From the human T2T-CHM13v2.0 reference genome, Homo sapiens, in assembly GCF_009914755.1 (NCBI RefSeq), contig NC_060934.1: a DNA stretch of 64,000 nt, one strand, 5' to 3'. How positions within the stretch are numbered: the first letter of the stretch is position 1; every line of letters starts with the position of its first letter. The position numbers were made by a program, and so were the translations under genes. The notes under the pieces were generated by a model. That model saw nothing but the letters and a program-made list of their open reading frames with translations, had not been told where the DNA came from and did not search any database. Positions 19,455 through 38,553 of this stretch are shown here, in pieces.

Positions 19455-20232
19455 TGAACTTTAGTTTTAGGAATCATTATAGATTTGATTTACAGAGAAA
19501 TCATGAAGTTTATATAAAGAATAGTTCCCATATATCTTGCACTGTTTCCTCTGTTTCTAACATCTTACATCAGTATGGTACATTTGTTACAATATTGAAC
19601 CAGTGTTGATACCTTATTATTAACTAAAGTCCACAAGATACTCAGATTTTTCTTTTTCTTTTTTTTTTTTTCTGAAGATGAAGAATCTCCCTGTCACCCA
19701 GGCTGGAGTGCAGTGGCATGATCTTGGCTCACTGCAAACTCCACCTTCTGGGTTCAAGTGATTTTTCTGCCTCAGTCTCCTGAGTAGCTGGGATTACAGG
19801 CACCTGCCACCACGCCTGGATAATTTTTGTCTTTTTAGTGGCAACAGGGTTTCACCATGTTGTCCAGTCTGGTCTTGAACTCCTGGCCTCAAGTGATCCA
19901 CCTGCCTCAGCCTTCCAAAGTGCTGGGATTGTAGGCATGAGCCATCATGCCCAGCCAGGTATTAGATTTCTGTAGTTTCTATCTGATGTCATTTTTCTGT
20001 CTTAGGATCCCATCCGTGTAACCATATTACATTTAGTCATCACGTCTCTTTATGCTACCCTTAGCTGTGACAATTTCTCAGCCTTTCCTTGCTTTTGATG
20101 ACCTTGACAGTTTTGAAGAGTATTCATGCAGTAGATTTTGTAGGATGCCGTCTATTAGAATTTGTCTAATGTTCTTCTCATGGTTAAATTGGGGTTATGG
20201 GTTTTGGGAGGAAGCTTACAGAGGTAATGTCC
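19455..20232 (-). mobile_element. L1MC-type 3' end, split by an AluS (19648-19957, minus)
   Basis: tatggtacatttgttacaa...ttattattaactaaagtcca L1MC motifs. Confidence 0.75.
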
Positions 20233-20235
20233 ATA

Positions 20236-20520
20236 GTGGTGGCTCAAGCCTGTAATCCTTGCCCTTTGGAAGGCCGAGGTAGCAGGACTGCTTGAGGCCA
20301 GGAGTTCAAGACCAGCCTGGGTAATATAGCGAGACCCCATCTCTAAAAAAAAAAAAAAAAATTACCTCAGCATGTTGACACATGCCTGTGGTCCCATCTA
20401 CTTGGGAGGCGGAGGCAGGAGGATCGTTTGAGCCCTGAATGTTGAGGCTGCGGTGAGCAGAGATTGCGCCACTGCGCCCTCTAGCCTGGATGACAGAGGA
20501 AGACCCTGTCTCAAAAAAAA
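20236..20520 (+). mobile_element. AluJ
   Basis: Alu consensus. Confidence 0.88.
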
Positions 20521-21468
20521 TTTTTTTTTTTTTTTAAAAGAAGAACGAGGGTTATGTTCATGCACCACCTCCTGGACAGTGTGTTTTGTTTTTAACAGTG
20601 TTATTGAGGTATAATTTACATGCCACAAAATTCACCTGTTTTAGGTGAACAGTTAGATGAGTTTTCGTAAATGTATACAGTTGTGCCTGAGGGAACTGCT
20701 CTGTGAGCTGACAACCAAAGGATAGGAGTAATTTAATGAGACAAAGGAAGTAAAAAACTGCTCCAGGCAGAGATGATGGCGTGAGCCTCTGCAGGGAGCA
20801 TAGCACATTTAAGGAACTCAGGTGAATCCTGAATTGCCATGAAAGGGCAAAATATGTCACCCCAGTTCATTCACTGTGCTTCCTATTTCATATTTAATAT
20901 TTCTTTCCAAACATGTGAGAGTCAACAGCATATTAATGCCTAAATGCATAAACTCTAGTTATGCAAAACACTTGTCTAGAACAACTCAGTCCCTGATGGT
21001 TTACTCAAGGTTTTACCATAACAAGAAGTAAATATTAGGATTGTAAAATTCAGAATGGTCCCTGAGGGGGAATAAAATTGTAATAAAAAAATTTCCTCCT
21101 TTTTCAGGTCTTGTTTCAGTGAGAATGTAAAGTACGTGAGCTATGTGCTTTGTGATGAAGTCGTTGATTTATTTCACTTTGGAACAAGCACACCACAACA
21201 AAGTGAGAATGAGAAGGTAATTCAGAGGGAGAAGAAGGAAACGGAACTGTACGTAGAAATATATCCTCATATGAACTTAGATTCTGAAATAAATCTAGGT
21301 TGTAAAAACACCAAAAGGCTGTTTCCATGAGTGAGTCAACCAAGAGGCCCTCTCAGGACTTCTGTGGGACGTTGGAATCCCCTGGCATATATGAAATCCA
21401 AATTAGTCAGGATAGGTAAGATTGTGCTGCGGTAACAAAGAAAACCTTTATTTTCAATGGCTTCATGC

Positions 21469-22116
21469 TGAAGCAGCCTCGCTGTTGGGGGTGAATACTG
21501 GAGGTTCGCCATCTCATGCTAGGGGATGAGGATGTGGGCACACAAGAAGTGAGTTTAAAAGTGGAGGCTTAATAGTGAGAGAGATTTAATAGAGAGAAAG
21601 AGAAAAGCTCTCTCTCCTGCAGAGAGAGAGGGGCTCCCGACTGGGTCTTCCGGTCCCATGGGGAAGCGCACAGGGTTTTATAGACTGGCTTGAAGAGGCG
21701 GTGTCTGATTTACATAGGGCCCAAAGATTGGTTGGACCAGGTGTGACATTTACATAGCACAGGAAGAAAGTGGCCACTCCACCCTAATCTTTTATTATGC
21801 AAATGGGTTTTCTCCCTGGCCGGCACCATGTTGTCTGCTCCTTACTGTACACATGGTTGATAAAGAAAAGGGAAAAGGGAGCCTCCATGTTGAACATTCC
21901 TGGCCCCAGGTAGCCTTTTCCTATTGGCACAGCTGCCGGAATTCACCCGTGCAAGCTTCCAGCTTGCTTATCTATGTCTGCAGCTCGAATTTACAGGCTG
22001 CTTTTTGTTAGAAAAGAAATGGTTTGGGGGCTGTTTTTCATTAAAAGGGAAACCTTACCAAGGACTTCCTTATCCTCACTATCTGCCTAAATAATTTCTT
22101 CTTAACTCTTATATCA
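21469..22116 (-). mobile_element. Full solo ERV1 LTR, LTR9B-like
   Basis: TG...CA termini, 648 bp, 4-bp TSD at(g/a)c, octamer at 21797-21804. Confidence 0.8.
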
Positions 22117-22252
22117 ATACAACAGGTTATTGTTTGATGTAGGTCAAGTGGCTTTCCTTGGTGGCTTTCCTCCAGTAATTGGTTCAGGAATCTAGGCTCC
22201 ATCCATCTTGTGATGGTGTCATCTCCATCATGTGCCCTCAAGAATTTGCCAC

Positions 22253-22540
22253 AGACCAAGTGTGGTGGCTCATGATGCTTGTACTCCCAGCACTTTGAGA
22301 AGCCAAAGTGGGAGGATTGCTTGAGTCCAGCAGTTTGAGACCAGCCTGGGCAACCTAGTGAGACCCCATCTCTACAAATAAAATTAGCCAGGCATGGTGG
22401 TGCACACTTGTGGTCCCAGCTACTTAGAAGTCTGACGTGGGAGGATCGCTGGAGCCCAGGAAATCAAGGCTACATTGAGCCGTGATCACAACACTGCACT
22501 CCAGCCTGGGTGACAGAATGAGACCCTCTCTCAAAAAACA
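22253..22540 (+). mobile_element. AluJ
   Basis: TSD-like aatttgccacaga on both sides. Confidence 0.9.
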
Positions 22541-22692
22541 ATTTGCCACAGAACAGGAAGAGAGAGGGTGGATGATGACATGGGAGATTTTACGGGCAGG
22601 CTTGGAAGTGGCATACATCCCTTCTGCCCCTGTCCTTTAGTCAGAATCCAGTTATAGTGGCCCAATCTCAGGGCGAAAAAGGCTGGGAAGCC

Positions 22693-23123
<431 letters not shown>

Positions 23124-23740
23124 TTATAAAAGAATCCAGCTTGTTGTAGCAGATGTAACATAGGTGTATAAAGATGAAACTAATGACCTCCCTACTCTCC
23201 GTCTCCTGGCGTCTATGCCCTGTGTTGCCTGCCACACCACCCTCCTTGTTGGTGTAATTGTATTCCACATGCATGAATGGTTCAGGAGACATTAACTCTG
23301 GAAGGCCCTTCTGAACTGGAAGTTCTCCTGATAAACATTCTAGTTGCTGAAAAATGCCCAAATGAAATGTTTGTTCAAGAAGTCCGGCAGGTTGACAGGG
23401 GAGCGATAGCGTTTTGCTGGAATTTAAGATCCACTGCTTTCGTTTATGTTTTCCTCGGTTGACTGCAGTGCTTGGCAGGAGCTGTGGCAATGGAAAGACC
23501 TGGGTTCAGGACCTGGCTCTGCCTCCTACCCTCTTTGTGACTTTGGACAAGTAGTAAACTCTTCTGAAGTTTACTATTTACCTCAGCTTTGAAGCAGAGA
23601 TCTGGTGTCTATCCCATGTGGTATTTGCAATGCTACAAGATAAAGTCTAGTTTTAAATCTGCCGGATTGTTGGGTACCTCTGACGTCTCAGCATCCACAA
23701 CTAAAGACCAAGCCAGCTCTTATTTCAAATGTGTACAGTG

Positions 23741-24040
<300 letters not shown>

Positions 24041-24329
24041 TCAAGTGTGTCAGTGTGACCGAGAAGCTGGGTTAATCCTCAGCAGAGAGAAGTTCCATAT
24101 GATGGGGAGGAAAGGAAGAGCAAATATACACTCAAAAATGTCTGGGTTTGACGGTTTAGAGTAATCATTTAGGAAGGAAAGAAGATATATAAGGAAATCT
24201 AGACTGGGGAATTTGGAAGTTATTCGAAGCATGTTGAGAAGGATCAGGCCATTTTGCTACTAACTTTCCTGTTCATTAGTTATGCATAGTTCCCTTCAAC
24301 AGGGGCAGAGCCCCCCTGTGACAGATCTT

Positions 24330-24639
<310 letters not shown>

Positions 24640-24769
24640 TGCAGATCCTGTTTCTAATGACTCAGTGGAAGAAAATGTTCAGTGATGCTCCCAGGTGGCA
24701 GTGTCCCAGAGAAGGGATTGGGTTGTCCAGTGCTTTAGCTGCTTTGCAGTTTAATGTAACAGGGATCTA

Positions 24770-25179
<410 letters not shown>

Positions 25180-25524
25180 TTAGCAAGGTCACATTGAAGA
25201 ACTCAGCAAAAAGGAGAAAGGACAGGCACCTGAATAATAAAACCCTGGGTATTTACACAAATCTACAAAGGAAAAGAAATGGAAAAAGGGTTTATCAGTA
25301 AGTGTTTGGTAGAAAAAAGCAGAAATCACCTTAGATATTTCAAACAGAGACAGCTTGAATGCAGGAAATTAAGTTATAAAGCTGGTGGAAGGACTGGGAG
25401 AGCAAAAATGGGAGACGTGTGTTACCCAGAGATTAGAAACTACAGGAAGCTGGGAACATACTCCATGTAGTTAAATTCTGGGCATTAAAACTGCTTATCA
25501 TCTTAAGTTTTATGAACAGCTGTG

Positions 25525-26375
25525 AGTAGAGTGTGGTGACTCATGCCAATAATCCCCCAACTTTGGGAGGACTGCTTGAGGCCAGGAGGTCAAAGCTGCA
25601 GGAAGACCAGCCTGGGCAACATAGCTAGGCCCCATTTCTAAAGAAAAAAAAAAATTTAGCCGGGCATGGCGGTGCATGCCTGTAGTCCCAGCTACTTGGG
25701 AAGCTGAGTAGGTGGGTTGCTTGAGCACAGGAGCTCAAGGCTGCATTAAGCTATTGATATAGGAGTTAAAAAGAAATTATGTAGGTAGCTAGTGAGGGTA
25801 AGGAAATCCTTGGTAAGGTTTTAAAAGATTTCCTTTTACTGAAAAGCAGCCCCCAAATTATTTCTTTTCTAGCAAAGATCAGCCTGTAATATCGAGCTGC
25901 AGACATAGATAAGCAAGCTGGAAGCTTGCACGGGTGAATGCCAGCAGCTGTGCCAATAGGGAAAGGCTACCTGGGGCTAGGCATGTTCAACATGGAGGCT
26001 CCACCTTCCCTTTCCTTGCCAACCACGTGTACAGTAAGGAGCAGACAACATGGCACCGGCCAAGTAGAAAATCCATTTGCATATTAAAAAGATTAGGGTG
26101 GGGTAGCCAGCTTCTTTGTGCACTATGTAAACGCCACACCTGATCCAACCAATCTTTGGCCTTCACAGGAGAGAGAGCTATTATCCTCTCTCTTTCTTTT
26201 GCCTATTAAACCTCTGCTCCTAAACCCACTTCTTGTGTGTCCGCGTTCTCAATTCCCTTAGTGTGAAACAACCAAACTTGGGTATTTACCCCAGACAACG
26301 ACACCGCTTCACTACAATCACACCACTGCATTCCAGCCTGGGTGACAGAGTGAGATCCTGTCTCTAAAAAAAAAA
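25525..26375 (+). mobile_element. AluJ split by an LTR9B-like solo LTR
   Basis: Right arm resumes at 26312 after the LTR. Confidence 0.85.
25755..26311 (+). mobile_element. Solo ERV1 LTR, LTR9B-like (internally deleted)
   Basis: TGATATAGGAGTTAA...GCTTCA, 4-bp TSD cta(t/c), octamer ATTTGCAT at 26075-26082. Confidence 0.8.
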
Positions 26376-27241
<866 letters not shown>

Positions 27242-27742
27242 CTAAGTTGGAAGATTCAGTGTCAAAAAAGAAATGCTTTCACTTAACCCTATCCCTAAGA
27301 GCTTTCCAATCTCCCTAGAGCAGGGTCAGTTTCCCCTTCCTGAGAAGCTTGTTCCAGACTTAGCAAGGCATCTCATGTATTCCCCAATCTACCCCCATGG
27401 GCACTGGGCTGTTCTAAACCAATTTCACTGGTAGGGTTCTTCCCTGCCCCACCCTCTCCATCCTCACCTAGGCCTCCTCCTTCACACTCTGTTACTGCTA
27501 AAAGTTCTTTCAGCAGAGAGGTGCTTACCACAGGAGTCTCCCTGACACTCTCCCATCCCCAGCCTGCCCCAAGGAAGGTGAAATCTAGGCAGCTTCTTAC
27601 AGAATGTTCTCAGCAAGCCAACTGCAACTCAGAGTGATGGCTGGGAAAGCGAAGACGCAAGATTTCCTGCCAGGTGAATCAAAGGGACCTGATTTCTCCC
27701 AGGCACTGTAATTTACGGTTTACAAACCATCTTACATGTTAA

Positions 27743-28047
27743 TTTTTTTTTTTTTTTTCCTGAGACAGAGTGAGACTCTGTCACCCAGGCTAGAGTGCAG
27801 TGATGCAATTAGCCCACTGCAGCCTGGAACTCCTGGACTCAAGAGATCCTCCAACCTCAGCCTCTCAAGTAGCTGGGGCTACAGATGTGTACCACCACAT
27901 CTGGCTAATTTTTTTATTTTTGTAGAGATGGGGATGCGGGGTCTTGCTATGTTTCCCAGGCTGGTCCCAAACTCCTAGGCTCAAGTGAACCTCCTGCCTC
28001 AGCCTCCCAAAGTGCTGGGATTACAGATGTGAGCCACCTTGCTGGCC
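27743..28047 (-). mobile_element. AluJ
   Basis: Reverse Alu. Confidence 0.9.
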
Positions 28048-28599
28048 CCCATCTTGCGTATTAACACACATCATTAATTTGATTCTCATGTAAGTCTGGG
28101 GAGGTGGTTGTTTTACACAGATGGCAAAATAGAAGCTCAGGGATTAGGGGACTTATAGCTGGTCACACAGTAAATAGCTGGGCCAGAAATCAACTCCAGA
28201 TCTTCAGACCTTTCTCCTAGTACCAGACAAGGGACTAACCTAATAAGACATAGTGAGTGCAGACATTTGCAGCAACTGCCCTTGCAATTCCAAAAAGATG
28301 AACTTACCCTCGAGAGCCTAGTGAGAAGGGAAAGGAGGAAGATGCCGGTGGAAGGAAGAGAGGTCTAAATGGAGCTCATTCTCTTGGCTTAGCGTCACTG
28401 CCCTGAGAACGTCAGGGAGAATTGTAATGTAGGTGAATTTGGACTACCTTTGATCTCTTCCTTCATCTAAGCATTTAGCATTACTGCAGTAAAAAGAAAC
28501 CTGTATATTTTAATGTGCAGCATATTCTTAATCTCTCAGTAGAGATTGGGCGACAAAGCCATCTCATGGAGCAAAAGCATGGACTTTGGAGGAGGATAA

Positions 28600-28830
28600 C
28601 AACAACCTGCCTATTTATGGAGCTCTGACTAGGTAACAGGGACAGTTCTGAGCACTCATTGAATTCTCATAGTAATCCTATGAGATAGGTACTGTCATTT
28701 GTTGTACAGATGGGGAAATGAAGGCACAGAGAAGTCAACTAACTTGTCCGAGGTCATACAGCTAGTAAGTAGGGGAGGTGGATTTGAACTAAGCAGTTGG
28801 GCTCCAGAGCCCAAGTTGTCAATGACTCCT
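28600..28830 (-). mobile_element. MIR
   Basis: acagatggggaaatgaaggcacagagaagt...aacttgtccgaggtcatacagctagtaagt. Confidence 0.8.
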
Positions 28831-28906
28831 CATAGTCAGGGATGTTGCTCAAACTCTGAGCTCCAGGAGCCTCATCTGTAAAATGGGGATAAATATATAT
28901 CTTGTT

Positions 28907-29368
<462 letters not shown>

Positions 29369-29819
29369 GAAAGTATATATATATATATATATATATATAC
29401 ATTTGAGTTATTAAATGAAAGACTCTATGTATATTGCCTGGCACTTGGTAGGTACTCAGATATTGGCTGTTATTATTACAAATCAGCTCACTGTGCCTAC
29501 ATTTGTACATGTGAAGGCTGCCCAGTGGTTCCTTGGAATTCAAGCCCGGGTATAGGAGGATAAACGTCTCGTCTGGATCCTGACAGCATGTGGATAAGGA
29601 AGAATCTTAGCCCCACAAACTAGCCTGTGATGTTGGGGAAGTCACTTAACCTTCCTGAACATGCTCTCTGTTTTGCAAGGGAGAGATAATATTTCTCTTA
29701 CAGGGTTGTTGTAAGAATGAAATGAGATCATGCGACCCAGCCTCAGATTAAGAACGTGTTAAGTAAATGTTAGCTCTTATTGTTAAAGGCACATTTTTGG
29801 CAAAGGAAGCTCTCAGGAA

Positions 29820-30677
29820 TGGATAGGGGCTGGGTAAAATGAGGCTGAGACCTATTGGGTTGCATTCCCAGATGGTTAAGGCATTCTAAGTCACAGGATG
29901 AGATAGGAGGTCAGCACAAGATACAGGTCGTAAAGACCTTGCTAATAAAACAGGTTGCAGTAGAGAAGCCGGCCAAAACCCACCAAAACCAAGATGGCGA
30001 CAAGAGTGTTCTCTGGTGGTCCACACTGCTACACTCCCACCAGCGCTGTGACAGTTTACAGATGCCATGGCAACGTCAGGAAGTTACCCTATATGGTCTA
30101 AAAAGGGGAGGCGTGAATAATCCACCCGTTGTTTAGCATATCATCCAGAAAGAACCATAAAAATGGGCAACCAGCAGCCCCCGGGGGCTGCTCTGTCTAT
30201 GGAGTAGCCATTCTTCATTCCTTTACTTTATTTATTTATTTATTTATTTTTTTTAGATGGAGTCTCACTCTGTCGCCCGAGCTGGAGTGCAGTGGCACGA
30301 TCTCTGCTCACTGCAACCGCCGCCTCCAGGTTCAAGCAATTCTTTTGCCTCAGCCTCCCGAGTAGCTGGGACTAAAGGCAAGCGCCACCACGCCTGGCTA
30401 ATATTTGCATTTTTAGTAGAGATGGCGTTTTACCATATTGACCAGGCAGCTCTCGAAGTCCAGACCTTGTGGTCAGGCTCGTCTCGAATTTCTGACCTCA
30501 TGATCCGCCTGCCTCGGCCTCCCAAAGTGCTGGGATTACAGGCGTGAGCCACTGTGCCTGATTCTTTACTTTCTTAATAAACTTTCACTTTACTCTATGG
30601 ACTCACCCTGAGTTCTTTCTTAGGTGAGATCCAAGAACCCCTCTTGGGGTCTGGATCAGGGTCCTTTTCCTGTAACA
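29820..30677 (+). mobile_element. MER41A-type ERV1 solo LTR, split by an Alu (30230-30560, minus)
   Basis: ataggggctgggtaaaatgaggctgagaccta...cctgtaaca; Alu TSD att(c)ctttactt. Confidence 0.88.
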
Positions 30678-30720
30678 GATGGGTGGCAACGTGAAAGCAG
30701 AGTGTGGTGGTGAAGGACCC

Positions 30721-30735
30721 CCGTTAGGGGGCACT
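30721..30735 (+). promoter_or_regulatory. Candidate CTCF motif CCGTTAGGGGGCACT
   Basis: Close match to the CTCF core CCRSYAGRKGGCRSY. Confidence 0.5.
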
Positions 30736-31904
30736 ATTTCAGCACATTTTCCAAAGGTTAATATCTAACGGTTAAAAAAAAAATTTGAAAAAGCTGATCT
30801 GTTCACTACCGTATTAAAAGAAGAGTGGTTTCACTCAAAACCCCCAAAAGGCGGTAACTGGAACATTGTGCTGTTTTATGCTCCCGTCTCTCAAGCCAGG
30901 CTCGTGCTTGTGATATCGGTAGTCCTAGTGCGTTAGAGGAGAAGGGATTGGGACTGAAGGTGTATTGTGATGTTTTGGCTGCAGCAGCCTGGGCCCTGCA
31001 CTTCTGGTGTGTCAGGAGCTGCAGATCAAACTGAAATCTCCAGGATTCAGGCCCCATCCGGATTTGCCTGGAGGGCTGTTGGGGCAGATCCCAGGCCTGG
31101 CACCAACCCCGAAAGGCAACTTTTAGCCCAGCAAGGCCACACATCGTCCTCCCAGACCTTCCTCAGGATCTTAGGAGTACCTGAGAACCTACACCATGGC
31201 CCCACGCTGGGGCGCTGGGGGTGATTCAGGCTTCTCTCCTCTTTAGGGAGGAAGAGCATAGCACAGGGGCTGGATTGACGTCCTGCTTGGCCACAGGCAT
31301 GTGCGTAGGAGGCAGGACTGGGGTGAGGCACCTTCCTGGGGCTTCCAGGCTTTCAGAGGTGGAGGCAGCGCCTATCCTTGTGGAAAACCAGTGTTAGAAT
31401 TGGAGGAAGTTTTGCGTACTATGGGGTTGCTGAGAGAATCACAAATACCCATGAAATGTCCCAGAAATGGTGAGAGAAGCTTTTGGGTGGCTGAGGCACT
31501 CAAATGGTAGACAGGGTTGGAGCCAGAGAACTGTTTCTTATAACTTTAATGGGGGATGTTTGGTTTGGGATCTGGTCTCTGGCAGCAGGCAGAGTCCCCA
31601 CCCTCCCGTTGAGTGATCACCCAGAGGTGAAAGAGCTGAAGGCCGTGAGTGAACGTGTATATTTTTGCTGCAAGCAAGAGGTAGCCTCCAGGCTCTGGAA
31701 GCTCATCTTGAGGTCACTGGTTTGGTTTGGCTTGCCACGAGGGCACTCTTTTTGCTCAGTAAAGCCCAGATCAAGGATTGATCACCAAAGATGCGAGTGG
31801 CCAAGGTGGCAAGCAATCTGATTTTTATTAGGTTTCTTGGGACAAAGCTATGCCTTGCCCACCTTTTCATTCCCTTCTCCACCTCTCATTGGTACTAATA
31901 TATG

Positions 31905-32217
<313 letters not shown>

Positions 32218-32449
32218 TGATCATCCTCGTTGATCACTGAGTAGATTCTGGAGTCCAGAAGTAGTGCCCAGTGAGGCACTTTCTTTCACTCTCGGTCTCC
32301 AGGAGCTGGAATGACACCTAGATTTGGGCTCTGCGTCCTCTCAGCAGGGCTGGCTTCACACAGAGCTCATGCTCAGAAGGACCCTGGACTTGGTTAATGC
32401 TATGCTGCTGCCATCTTGGAATTTTTCATTTTTCTTATTTTACAACTTA

Positions 32450-33687
<1,238 letters not shown>

Positions 33688-33964
33688 TCCTGAATTACCT
33701 CTCCTTTATATGGCTCGGCCTCGATGACCAGAAATTAACCATCACCTCTATCTTGGGGCCCACTTAAGGTCTGCTGGTCTTCCTGTGGACAAACGTGGTT
33801 TACTTGTCTGTATGTGCCACACTGTGGAAGAAGAGTTTACTTAAGACCATTAGCTTGAGGACTGAAACCACCGAAACCCACATAAGCTTGCTTATGTCTG
33901 CATTATATGACTACTACCATGTGGTCTTCGTAACATGACTTTACTATTCCACTGTCTTTACCAA

Positions 33965-34380
33965 TCTATTTGTCTGTTCTCACATTGCTATAAAGAAATG
34001 CCTGAGATGGGGCAACTTATAAAGCAAAGAAGTTTAATTGGTTCACGGTTCCACAGGCTGTACAGGAAGCATAGTGGCTTCTGCTTCTGGGGAGGCCTCA
34101 GGAAACTTACAATCATGATGGAAGGTGAAGGAGAAGCAGGCACGTCTTACATGGCTGGACCAGGAGGATGTGGTGGGGGAGCTGCCAGACACTTTCAAAC
34201 AACCAGATCTCATGAGAATTCACTCACCATCATGAGAACAGCATGGAGGGGAAGGTGCTAAGCCATTCATGAAGGATCCACTCCCATGATCCAATCACCT
34301 CCCATTGGGACCCACTTCCAACATTGGGGATTATGGTTCGACATGAGATTTGGGCGGGGACACAGATCCAAACTGTATCA
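33965..34380 (-). mobile_element. MSTA MaLR solo LTR
   Basis: MST consensus; perfect 5-bp TSD accaa at 33960-33964 and 34381-34385. Confidence 0.9.
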
Positions 34381-34385
34381 ACCAA

Positions 34386-34757
34386 CATGATTTCACTGTG
34401 GCAGGAAACACTTGCCCAGAAAGCTAAAGATTGCAAGTAACTTTAGTGTTTGTTTTAGGAATTTCCCCTGAACTTACTTAAAACTGCCTAACTTTGGTAG
34501 ATTGCAACAAATGACTGTTAACTCACCTTGCTATCTCCATGATCTTGGATTATATCATGATCCTATTCAATCTTAGACTTCCCCACACTGAAAGACCTTC
34601 CTTAAACCAGACTCTTAAACATCATAAACACTCTGAATTTATCTGTCCCACTCAGACATTGTTATGACCACCAGGGTAGTGCTTTTTCTTACTGCCATGA
34701 GCTTTGCTTTATCAACATGTTGCCTTGGTGGTATTTTATGGGAGCCAGCATTCGATA
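34386..34757 (+). mobile_element. Old ERV1 LTR, MER89-like (3' part; may start left of the MSTA)
   Basis: ccttaaaccagact...ttatcaaca...gggagccagcattcga. Confidence 0.55.
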
Positions 34758-35001
34758 AGCTGCAATTTTCTTTTCCACACTATGTAGTTGCTCCAATCCT
34801 ATTTTATCCAATATTCATCCATCCATCCAGCCAGCCAGCCAGCCACTGATTTATTTATTCATTCAACATATATTTATTGAGTGCCTACTATATGTTCAGC
34901 ACCCTTAGACCCTGGTTTAGTGATGATGGATGATGTTACAGCCCTTGTCTTTACAGCGTTCACCCTCTCCTTCATCATTACGTCACTTTCCTGCTGCTAG
35001 G

Positions 35002-35908
<907 letters not shown>

Positions 35909-36192
35909 GGGAACATGGAGACTAAGAAGTACTTTCTCCTTGAATTGATTTGTAAGTGGAACTTTCCAACAGCAAAACAGCTGGATGTTTGTGCTTTTAA
36001 AATCTGGACTCTGGACTTGATCTTCAGAAGAACAGGAAGCAAGGTGTTTGCACTGAGTTTGACATGCACAGTAGTGATTAATTGACTTGTCAGTGCTGGG
36101 CTTTCTTGCCTCTAAGGTCCTGCCTCTTGCTTCTTTTGCCCTGGTGTTAATCCCATGCAGCTGGTGCAGAAACAGAACCAAGAGCTTGGAAG

Positions 36193-36207
36193 TCACAAGG
36201 TGGCGCC
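36193..36207 (+). promoter_or_regulatory. Candidate CTCF motif TCACAAGGTGGCGCC
   Basis: Match to the CTCF core with an intact AGGTGGCGC. Confidence 0.45.
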
Positions 36208-36492
36208 ACCCCAACTAGGACTGTTCTTTCAAAGCCCAGTGCCCAGTTGGTGAAATGACCCACCAGCATTGCACAGGAGAGCCCCAGAGAGATATGTCCA
36301 GGATATACGATCAGTCTGGTAGGTAAGGGGCCCTTATCAGAGGCTTTGCCAAGAGATATGACCTGCCAAGCTGGTTTGTAAACCAGCTCTAGCTGCTTCG
36401 GAGTGATCGTGGTATATCTGGATGAACACAAATCTGGACACTCAAACGAATCTCTTGATGTTGGTTTTCTTTCAATTTAAAAAGATATTTTG

Positions 36493-37129
<637 letters not shown>

Positions 37130-38203
37130 CTATGGTGTGTCAATTGATCTTTAAAAGAAATAAGCAAAAGTTGATGACATGCTGAAGCTCAGGGCCAATG
37201 CAGATCTGCCTCCCAAGAGGCCAGTTTCAATTAAGGAGATTAAAAGTCCCGAGTGCACAGAGGCTCGGTCACGTGTTTCTGGATGCCGGTCTCCTCCAGC
37301 AGCCTGAGAGCAGGCAGTGGAGTCCAGAGTGCTGGACTGAGCCCTTTGGGCCAATGTCAAGATGATAAACAATAAGGAGAGGATACTAAAGGAAAAGCTA
37401 GCTGATGGGACTCAGTGATTCCTCACAGGGCCGTACTAGCAGCGTGGGCAGACCTTCCTTCTACAGGACTGACTTGCTTGGTGCAGGGTGTTTGGCAGGG
37501 CTATCCTCAACGCCATCAAATATCCGAGTGGCTCTGGATCCAAGCCACTGTGCCGACCAACCCAAATCCAACCCTAAACAAAAGTGATGCCCCTGCACAT
37601 TTCCTAGTGGACAGATGCCCCCTTGGTACCCAACAGCCCCGCCTCTGATTTGCTCTCTACGTGGAGAGGAGGTCTTGTGTGACTCCCAGGTAGAGAACTG
37701 ATTTGCCTTGTCCAGACCCTCCTCTCAGGATTCTAGGGTTCCGTGTTCCCTGACTGCCAGGGGGCTTTGTAGAGCCTCAACCACTGAGGGGCAAGGGCAG
37801 GGGTGACAGAGGAGGGAGAAGGGTGGACTGGCAAGGCCTGGCTGAAACTGAGGTGGGAGAGAGGGGCTTTGGCATCGTATAGACAGGGCTGGACCTATCT
37901 CTGACTCTTATGGGCTCTGCATTGGCCCTGAGCTTCAGCATGTGATCAGCTTCTGCTTATTTCTTTGTAAGACAGTTTGGTATACCAGATGTCAAGTCTG
38001 AGCCCAGACTGAAAGTGAGCTTCACTTTTGAAGTTTCTAAAAAAGAAGCCACCACCCACCTCACGGGTGTTATGCCAAGCTCACAGGAGGTGGTGTGTGT
38101 ACATAAAGTGCACAATAGTCCCTTGCCAGCCCTCCACTGTAGGCAGCTATCCAGTGACACTAGGCAGGCAGGTGGGGGCACAAATCCCACTCAGCTCCCT
38201 GGA

Positions 38204-38553
38204 TGTGTGGTCTGAATGTTTGTGTGCCTTCAAAATTTCTGTGTTAAAATCTTAACCCCTGAGGTGATGGTATTAGGAGATCGGCCTTTGGGAAGTGATT
38301 AGGTCCCAAGGGTGGAGTCTTCGTGAATGGAATTGGTGCCCTTATAAAAGAGGCCCAAGGGAACCCTCTCACCCCTTCCACCCTGTGAGGACACGGCATA
38401 AAGGCACTGTCTATGAAGCAGAAGGCACACCCTCACCAGACACCAAATCTGCCTTGATCTTGGACTTCTTGGATCTCCAGCCTCCAGAACGATTCGATTT
38501 CTGTGTTGAGAAGCCACCCAATGTATGGCGTTTTGTTACAGTAGCCCTAAGAT
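38204..38553 (+). mobile_element. MLT1A-type MaLR LTR
   Basis: MLT1A consensus motifs. Confidence 0.8.
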
